51,606 nt of DNA from Eledone cirrhosa (taxonomy: Eukaryota). Below the pieces are notes generated by a model. That model did not search any database. It had not been told where the DNA came from and was given only the letters and a program-made list of their open reading frames with translations. How positions within the stretch are numbered: position 1 is the stretch's first letter; each line of letters starts with the position of its first letter. The translations under genes were made by a program, and so were the position numbers. The stretch covers positions 1-51,606 of the forward strand of contig CAXHJY010000564.1 of NCBI GenBank assembly GCA_964016885.1, written 5' to 3'. Below, piece after piece: positions 42,137-51,606 of the stretch.

Positions 42137-43405
42137 TATACATACATACATACATACACACATACATACATACATACATACACACATACATACATACATA
42201 CACACATACATACATACATACATACATACATACATACATACATACATACATACACACATACACACATACATACATACATACATACATACACACATACATA
42301 CATACATACATACATACATACATACATACACACATACATACATACATACACACATACATACATACATACATACATACACACATACATACATACATACATA
42401 CATACATACATACACACATACACACATACATACATACATACATACATACATACATACATACACACACACATACATACATACATACATACATACATACATA
42501 CACACATACATACATACATACATACATACATACATACATACATACACACATACACACATACATACATACATACATACATACACACATACATACATACATA
42601 CATACACACACACATACATACATACATACATACATACATACATACATACATTCACACACATACACACATACATACACACATTCATACATACATACACACA
42701 TACATACATACATACATACATACATACATACATACATACACACATACATACATACATATATACATACATACATACACACATACATACATACATACATACA
42801 TACACACATACACACATACATACATACATACACACATACACACATACATACATACATACATACACACATACATACACACATACACACATACATACATACA
42901 TACATACATACATACATACATACACACATACATACATACATACACACATACATACATACATACATACATACAGACATACACACATACATACATACATACA
43001 CACACACATACATACATACATACATACATACATACATTCACACACATACACACATACATACATACACACATTCATACATACATACACACATACATACACA
43101 CATACATACACACATACATACATACACACATACATACATACATACATACACACATACATACACACATACATACATACATACATACATACATACATACACA
43201 CATACATACACACATACATACATTCATACACACATACATACATACATACATACATACATACATACATACACACACACACATACATACATACATACATACA
43301 TACATACACACATACATACATACACACATACATACATACACACATACATACACACATACATACATACATACATACATACATACATACATACATACATACA
43401 TACAC

Positions 43406-43440
<35 letters not shown>

Positions 43441-43525
43441 CATATGTATATGTATGTATACATATATATATATATACATACATACAGACAGAGACACATA
43501 AATACATACACAGATGCATACTTAT

Positions 43526-43586
<61 letters not shown>

Positions 43587-44426
43587 CTTACATACACACA
43601 TACATACACATATCTACATACACGCATACATGTATGAGCACACATATATACAGACGCGCACAGACACATACATACAGACACACACACACATATATACACA
43701 CGCGCACAGACATATACATACGTATATACTCATACACACATATATACACACGCGCACAGACACATACATACCTACAGACACATGCACACATATATACACA
43801 CGCGCACACACTCATACATACAGACAGATTCAAACACACACATATATATATATATACACACATATACATACATTCAAGCAGTCATACATACATACACACG
43901 CATATATGCATACATATATGCACATATATACATGCACATATATACACACACATACATACGCACATACATGCACACACATATATATATATACACACACATA
44001 TATACGCACATACATAACAGACACACCCGTACATAAATACATACATACATGCATACATATATACATGCATACATATATACTTACACAACCACATACATAG
44101 ACATAGTTATACATACATGCATATATAGATGCATACAAACACACACGTATACATACATACATTCAAACACATACATAGACACACATACATACATACATAT
44201 ATACAAATACACACACATATATATATACACACACATGCTTACACACATGCATACACACATATATATATACATGCATACATTATAGACATACACACATACA
44301 TATACATACATATACATACATACATACAACACACACACACACATATATACTTACATACAAACATACATATATACATACATACAAACATCCACACACATAC
44401 ACATACACACATACAAACACCCAAAC

Positions 44427-44463
<37 letters not shown>

Positions 44464-44851
44464 CAACACACACACATACTTACAAACACCCAAACACATA
44501 CACATACACACATACATACACACATACAAACACCCACACACATATACACATACACACACACATACACACATACATACACACATACATACACCCACTCACA
44601 TACACACATACACCGACACACATACACACATACACACACACATACACACATACATACACACACATACACACACACACATATACACACTTGCTGCTACAGT
44701 GTCTGTAGACTTTACAGCAACACAACTGCAGTATGGTGCAGACGATTTGTGCAAATATCGGCTGCAACGATGTGCAGTGCTGTTGCATCATTGCACCGGT
44801 TGTTTGGTCATAGAGTTGCACGTTCTAATCACACTAGCGGAGACATTCAGT

Positions 44852-44890
<39 letters not shown>

Positions 44891-45457
44891 CACATACACA
44901 CACACACAAACTCTCACACGCACATGCATACACACACGCATTCACAAGCACGTACACACATGCGCGCGCACACACACACACACACACACAAGCACATACA
45001 CACTCACCCATACACACACACAGGCACACACATACACACACATAGGCACACCCACACACACATACACACATCCACAGGCACACACACACACACACACAAA
45101 CTCTCACACGCACATGCATACACACACGCATTCACAGGCACATACACACATGCGCACACTCACAAACATACAGTCTCATACACACATACACATACACACA
45201 CACACGCATACACACACATCACACAAACTCTCACACGCACATTCATACGCACACACGCCCGCAAACACTGACACATACACACAGACACTCACAGGCGCAC
45301 ACACGCCCGCAAACACTCACACACACACACACGCACAGTCACTCTCTCACACACATAAATACACACACGCATTCACATATAGAAACACACTCACTCACAC
45401 ACACACAAACACACACACTCACACATAAAAAAACCTACACATTCACACAAAAACGTA

Positions 45458-45503
<46 letters not shown>

Positions 45504-45937
45504 AACATACACAGACAGACACATACACATACACACACATACTCACACACATAAACACACAGACAGACACATACACACAAACACAAAGAGAGGGAGACAC
45601 ACACACATACATACACAAACACACAAAAACTCACACTCAAACATACACACATATACACAAACATACAAAAACTCACAGACACACACATACATACATACAC
45701 ACGCAAACATAGAAACACACATACACACACATACTCACACACATAAACACACAGACAGACACATACAAACAAACACAAAGAGAGGGAGACACACACACAT
45801 ACATACACAAACACACAAAAACTCACACTCAAACATACACACATATACACAAACATACAAACACTCACAGACACACACATACATACATACACACACAAAC
45901 ATAGAAACACACATACACACACATACACACACACACA
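42137..45937. repeat. (TACA)n/(CA)n compound region of about 3.8 kb
   Basis: Directly visible; includes a ~190-bp tandem duplication at about 45530-45915. Confidence 0.95.
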
Positions 45938-45996
45938 TTGACATCCTTCAAATACTGGTTTTGTGACAAATGTAAAAACAATCATTATTAAAGATA

Positions 45997-46420
45997 GTGG
46001 ATTGTCAATAATCGGTAGAGCATCGGACACCATGCTTTGCAGCATAGAGTTACGGCCCTTTACGTTCTGAATACAAATCCCGCCGAGGTAAATTTGACCA
46101 CTCATCCTTACGGAGTCGATAAAATAAAGTACCAGTAATGTACTGGGTTGATTTAATAGACTTTACCCTCCCCCAGAATTACAGGCCTTGTGCCTAAATC
46201 AGAAATATTATTATTATTTTTTTGAATTATTGTCAATAATCGGTAGCGCGTCGGACGCCATGCTTTGCAACATAGAGTTATGGCCCTTTACATTCTGAGT
46301 TCAAATGCTGTCGAGGTTAACTTCGCCTTTCATCCTTACAGGGTCGATAAAATAAAATACCAGTAATACACTGGGGTAATTGCTGACCTTGTGCCAAAGT
46401 AGAAACAATTATTATTATTA
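45997..46420 (+). mobile_element. Two tandem octopus-type SINEs (45997-46218, 46230-46420)
   Basis: Each has a tRNA-like head, the catccttac..gtcgataaaataaagtaccagt body, a ccttgtgcc tail and (TTA)n. Confidence 0.88.
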
Positions 46421-46429
46421 TCGTTTGAA

Positions 46430-47450
46430 TCAGCTCAGATCGTCCTGTCATCTAACCTTTGGCCGTCCCCCAGTTCATTCCCACCTCCTTGATGTCCACT
46501 CTGTCACTCTAAATAACCCACCTGTTGTCTCTCAGACAAGAGACGTGGTCATCTAACCTTTGGCCGTCCCCCAGTTCATTCCCACCTCCTTGATGTCCAC
46601 TCTGTCACTCTAAATAACCCACCTGTTGTCTCTCAGACAAGAGACGTGGTCATCTAACCTTTGGCCGTCCCCCAGTTCATTCCCACCTCCTTGATGTCCA
46701 CTCTGTCACTCTAAATAACCCACCTGTTGTCTCTCAGACAAGAGACGTGGTCAGCTAACCTTTGGCCGTCCCCCAGTTCATTCCCACCTCCTTGATGTCC
46801 ACTCTGTCACTCTAAATAACCCACCTGTTGTCTCTCAGACAAGAGACGTGGTCAGCTAACCTTTGGCCGTCCCCCAGTTCATTCCCACCTCCTTGATGTC
46901 CACTCTGTCACTCTAAATAACCCACCTGTTGTCTCTCGGACAAGAGACGTGGTCAGCTAACCTTTGGCCGTCCTCCAGTTCTTTCCCACCTCCTTGATGT
47001 CCACTCTGTCACTCTAAATAACCCACCCGTTGTCTCTCAGACAAGAGACGTGGTCAGCTAACCTTTGGCCGTCCTCCAGTTCTTTCCCACCTCCTTGATG
47101 TCCACTCTGTCACTCTAAATAACCCACCTGTTGTCTCTCAGACAAGAGACGTGGTCAGCTAACCTTTGGCCGTCCTCCAGTTCTTTCCCACCTCCTTGAT
47201 GTCCACTCTGTCACTCTAAATAACCCACCTGTTGTCTCTCAGGCAAGAGACGTGGTCAGCTAACCTTTGGCCGCCCTCCAGTTCTTCTGCACTGTCTTAG
47301 TGGCCGCTCTAATAAACCACCTGTTATCTCCCAAGCAAGAGATGTGGCCAGACCATCTATGTTTGCCCTTCTTGATGGTCTCCTCTGTCACTCTAATAGC
47401 CCCCCGCTCCCTGTTGTCTCTGAGCCGAGGGAAGTGACCAGGACATCTCA
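46430..47450 (-). repeat. 101-bp satellite (8 near-identical units plus 2 degenerate) derived from RTE LINE C-terminal coding sequence
   Basis: Period 101 (46448, 46549, 46650...). The minus strand translates HVSCLRDNRW / RVTEW..R..GRPKVR; the flank gives IKKGKHRWSGHI. Confidence 0.85.
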
Positions 47451-48289
47451 GTGATAACAGACCCGGATTATATTGGTCAGTCCTTCGTACACCTTTTCAC
47501 CAAATATTTCTGGCTAGATGGCAGCACTTCCCTTTCCGCCGCCCTCAATTTCCGTTTTAAGTGAAACAAAAATAAACACGGGGATGGGTGTTGATGGGGG
47601 CTGGGGCGTGCAGAGCCTTTCAATGATAAACGCGGGGGTGATGTGTAGGGTGGTGCAAGGCCTTTCATTAAAAAAGGTGTGTGGGGGCCTGAATGGATGT
47701 GGGAAGGTGGACCGGAGGGGGGGGGGGGGCGGGTGGGGGGAGGGTATTTTTTGGAAGTGGGCCGGAGGGGGTTGGGTTGGAAGTGGGCCGGAGGTGGGTT
47801 GGAAGAAGTGGTGCAGAGCTTTTCAATAATAAACGTGAGTGAAGGGTTGTGGTGCTGTAAGGTTGAGTCCGGGAAGGGGGGGGTGTAGGGTTCATGGGGA
47901 GGAGGGTGCTGTAAGGTTGAGTTGGGATGGGTTTGAATTCCGGGGGTGGTGGGTGGTAGTGGGGGGGGGGGGGGGGGGCTTTCAATAAAAAAAGACGAAA
48001 CAAATATTTTCATAGGCAAACCCCGGTCTCTGACCCTCTCTCACTCAAACCCCACCACACCCATCCCACCTGGTGGCACCTAGAATAATAATATAGGGGA
48101 TGGTGGTAATATAGGAGATGGTGGTAGTGGTGGTGGTGAATAAGATGAGGATGAGGAAGATAGTGATGGTAATGATGATGATGATGATGATAATGATGAT
48201 GATGGTGATGTTGACGATGATGACGATGATGATGATAATAGTAATAATGATGATGGTGATGGTGATGATGATGATGGTGGTGTTGATAG

Positions 48290-48326
<37 letters not shown>

Positions 48327-48457
48327 AAAGAAAAAGAAAGAAAAAATGTGGTAAAGAAGAAATTTCGTAATGGAAAAAAATTACGTGTGCACCAAGTTAC
48401 ATCTGAATAATTAAGAGAGGTACAGTGGCTCCATCTATAGACACACATACACACATA

Positions 48458-48505
<48 letters not shown>

Positions 48506-48702
48506 CACACACACACACACACATATACAAACATTCATATACACACATAAACAGGTGCACACCCACACACACACACACACACACACATACATAAACATAC
48601 AATGACACAAGCATATATATATATATATATGGTTCACCTGGTTTTATATATATATATATAACCAGGTGGACCACAACCCATCAGCGTGGTCGATACTTTG
48701 GG

Positions 48703-49299
48703 TATATTTCGTTTCTGAATTTGTTTAGCAAGATTCTTTATCTGAAATCGTGTGTTGAAACCGATATTGTTATACTTTGGGAGGGTCATGTTGCCAATAA
48801 GAAACAAACGCACCAGTTGCTTTCACTTCAATTTATTATATATTTATAAATTTATAAATTTCTGGTTGGTTGGCTGGTTGGTTCCACAACCAGATAGTTG
48901 TTTATATATAGTCATAGTTCTTTCGTCACACACTCTGTGACCTCTTCAGTGACTGGGGATTCCTTTCTTTGTTTCTGTGCCTCTCCTTTTTTCTGTCCTA
49001 CACCATTTTGTTTCTGTGTGTGTCACACAGAAACAAAATGGCGTAGGACAGAACAAAGGAGAGGCACAGAAACAAAGAAAGGAATCCCCAGTCACTGAAG
49101 AGGTCACAGAGTGTGTGACGAAAGAACTATGACTATGACTATATATGAACTATGACTATATATAAACAACTATCTGGTTGTGGAACCAACCAACCAACCA
49201 GAAATTTATAAATTTATAAATTTATAAATATATAATAAATTGAAGTGAAAGCAACTGGTGCGTGTGTTTCTTATTGGCAACATGACCCTCCCAAAGTAT

Positions 49300-49307
<8 letters not shown>
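48703..49307 (-). mobile_element. Family C fold-back: ~540-bp palindrome plus ~60-bp tail
   Basis: Arms 48764-49020 and 49024-49307, 3-nt loop. Confidence 0.9.
49090..49134 (+). ncRNA. Minimal type I HHR with intact core (mirror copy at 48910-48954 on -)
   Basis: agtca CTGAAGA g gtcac agagtgt gtgac GAAA gaac TA tgact; helix I agtca/tgact, CUA triplet. Confidence 0.78.
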
Positions 49308-49341
<34 letters not shown>

Positions 49342-49344
<3 letters not shown>

Positions 49345-49833
49345 AAAGTTCTATTTAAATTGTTGGGATACAACAAGCAAATATTTTTATAACTGATATA
49401 AAGCACTCGACAAATATTTGGAGTAGATATACAATATTAATAAATGTAAACTATATTTTATAAAACCATATTTATTTCATTATACATATTTCAAGGATAC
49501 CAAGTTAAATTATGGTGGTGCCTTCATCAGACAAATACAATATATAGCAGTTTTATCTATCTCTCCCTTTCTTTTCTCCACGTTTCTCTCTCTCTCTCCA
49601 TCTTTTTACTTACTCTTAACACTATGACTTACTAAAGTAAACAAACCACTATCCTGATGGCCTCCAAAAGCAACGGTCACTTTTTAAAAGGGTACGTCAA
49701 TGTCTATTTATAAAACTGCTATATATTGTATTTTGTCTGATGAAGGCATACCATAATTTAACTTGGAATCCTTGAAATATATATAATGAAAATAAATATG
49801 GTTTTATAAATATAGTTTCCATTTATTGATATC

Positions 49834-49836
<3 letters not shown>
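49342..49836 (-). mobile_element. Family B fold-back with a ~150-bp spacer
   Basis: Tail 49342-49429, arms 49430-49556 and 49710-49836. HHR at 49729-49794 (+): CTGATGA agg..cctt GAAA tatatata. Confidence 0.85.
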
Positions 49837-49885
<49 letters not shown>

Positions 49886-49887
<2 letters not shown>

Positions 49888-50066
49888 GGAACGAGTAGGA
49901 CCCCGACGGCTGAGCTCAAGCCGTTTCGACGGCTAAGAATTAGCTGTCGAAACGGCTTGAGCTCAGCCGTCGGAGTCCTACTCGTTCCTATTACCCACTC
50001 TACTGCCCTAAGTATTGAGTACTTTGGTGCGTTATGGTCCACCTGGTTTCTTACCACACTTTCTTT

Positions 50067-50068
<2 letters not shown>
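49886..50068 (+). mobile_element. Family A fold-back element
   Basis: Centre cggctaagaattagctg; family A tail. Confidence 0.85.
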
Positions 50069-50139
<71 letters not shown>

Positions 50140-50146
50140 ATATATA

Positions 50147-50194
<48 letters not shown>

Positions 50195-50353
50195 AAAAGT
50201 TCGCTCTACATGGCTGAATACAATAAATGTAATCTGAGTTTTTCGAATATTAATAATAACATTCGATCGTTTGCAATTATGCAAACAAGCCTCAATTTTA
50301 TAGCCATGTCATTAGAATGAACCCTTCATTCTTGCTCTTATGTTGGCATGCGA

Positions 50354-50410
<57 letters not shown>

Positions 50411-50514
50411 ACACTCTCTCTCTCTCTGCATATATATATAATATATATATATGGGATAACAAGTTATCGTTTTAGGTAATCCCGTTAGAGGTTGTGAGTA
50501 CTCTGTACAGTGGA

Positions 50515-50625
50515 TAGTACTCCGATGATTTGATCAGACACACACTGTATTTAAGGTCGAGTGACGCAATTTCGAGATTAGCGATCTTTAGACTCACCTG
50601 ATCAATGAAACAATTGTTAATACTG
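50515..50625 (+). ncRNA. HHR-like motif with an extended stem II (U4>C variant)
   Basis: tagtact CCGATGA t ttgatcag [about 60 nt] ctgatcaa t GAAA caattgtt aatactg. Confidence 0.55.
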
Positions 50626-50676
50626 TAAATAAAACCTTTTTTGTACAGCCGACCATGTTATTCTTCACTCTTTCAC

Positions 50677-50713
<37 letters not shown>

Positions 50714-50715
50714 CT

Positions 50716-50917
50716 GTTTATCCCGGATTCAATGTGGGGAGGGGGTAACCACAGTAAGCAAGGTACTCAATATATAGTAGAGTATTAATATTTAATATTG
50801 AAATGGCTACTACAGGACTGGAACTGTTTTATTCGGAAGAAATCATCAAGAAAGCTTCTGATGATTTTTTTCCGAATAGAAGTTCTAGTCCCGTAGAAGG
50901 CATGTCTATATTAAATA

Positions 50918-50921
<4 letters not shown>
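50716..50921 (-). mobile_element. Older, diverged fold-back (family K) with a family A-like tail
   Basis: Imperfect arms about 50788-50848 and 50859-50918; the tail on - reads actctactatatattgagtacc. Confidence 0.6.
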
Positions 50922-50989
<68 letters not shown>

Positions 50990-51076
50990 GTATGTAAAAG
51001 GTAAACAGAAATAACAACACAATCGGTACAGTATATGGAAGGTATATATTAGGTTAACGCTTGATATAGCAGGAAG

Positions 51077-51168
<92 letters not shown>

Positions 51169-51289
51169 CATGTAAATGTATAAATGCATATATGTATATA
51201 TATACATAGATACATATATATATATATATGTAAATCTATATGTGTATATATATATATATATATACATACATACATACATATACATACAT

Positions 51290-51374
<85 letters not shown>

Positions 51375-51606
51375 ATATAATATTTCCGTTACTGCTGTGA
51401 TCAATGGAAAAAATGTTGGACCACTGTGTTTTCCCACGGGGGGTATTTTGTAAGAGATAACTTGTAATTTCATGTACGTCTGATACACATTTAAATAAGA
51501 CATCGGTACCCTTACTTTTGGGACAGACCTCGTATCATATAATATTAGTAGTATAGTTAATGTGAAGCCTTATGAGATATATAACAAATAATTGATATGT
51601 AATATA

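Noticed and set aside
41988-43699. 549-554 aa ORFs on both strands
   Set aside because: Pure (TACA)n repeat.
46448-47350. CRISPR-like regular array
   Set aside because: Head-to-tail units with no unique spacers, no cas genes, and a eukaryotic context.
50800-50900. Pre-miRNA-like hairpin
   Set aside because: Pairing extends further into AT-rich arms and is joined to a family A-like tail, so an aged fold-back insertion explains it better.

Overview
Repeat-dominated eukaryotic intergenic or intronic DNA, probably from an octopod cephalopod (inferred from recalled octopus-type SINE sequence, not from a search). Much of the window is (TA)n, (CA)n, (TACA)n, (GA)n, (GGT)n and (AAC)n microsatellite, and nearly all long ORFs in the supplied track are translations of these repeats. 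I can support no intact host gene. Recognisable relics are two CRE-clade non-LTR fragments, an RTE-clade 3' fragment, a probable L1/Tx1-type 3' end, a decayed mariner transposon carrying two nested SINEs, several tRNA-derived SINEs, a small TIR element family, and a 101-bp satellite made from RTE coding sequence. The most striking signal is about 25 short non-coding insertions (100-600 bp) from at least 8 families, mostly embedded in (TA)n tracts. Most carry a minimal type I hammerhead ribozyme (HHR) motif or half of one. Many share one architecture: a short inverted arm ending at an internal TA, a long HHR-sense arm, then a unique 3' tail. This resembles the inverted pseudo-LTR ends of Penelope-like elements (PLEs), but no PLE reverse transcriptase or GIY-YIG ORF is present here. 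All alignments and folds were done by eye, so boundaries are approximate.
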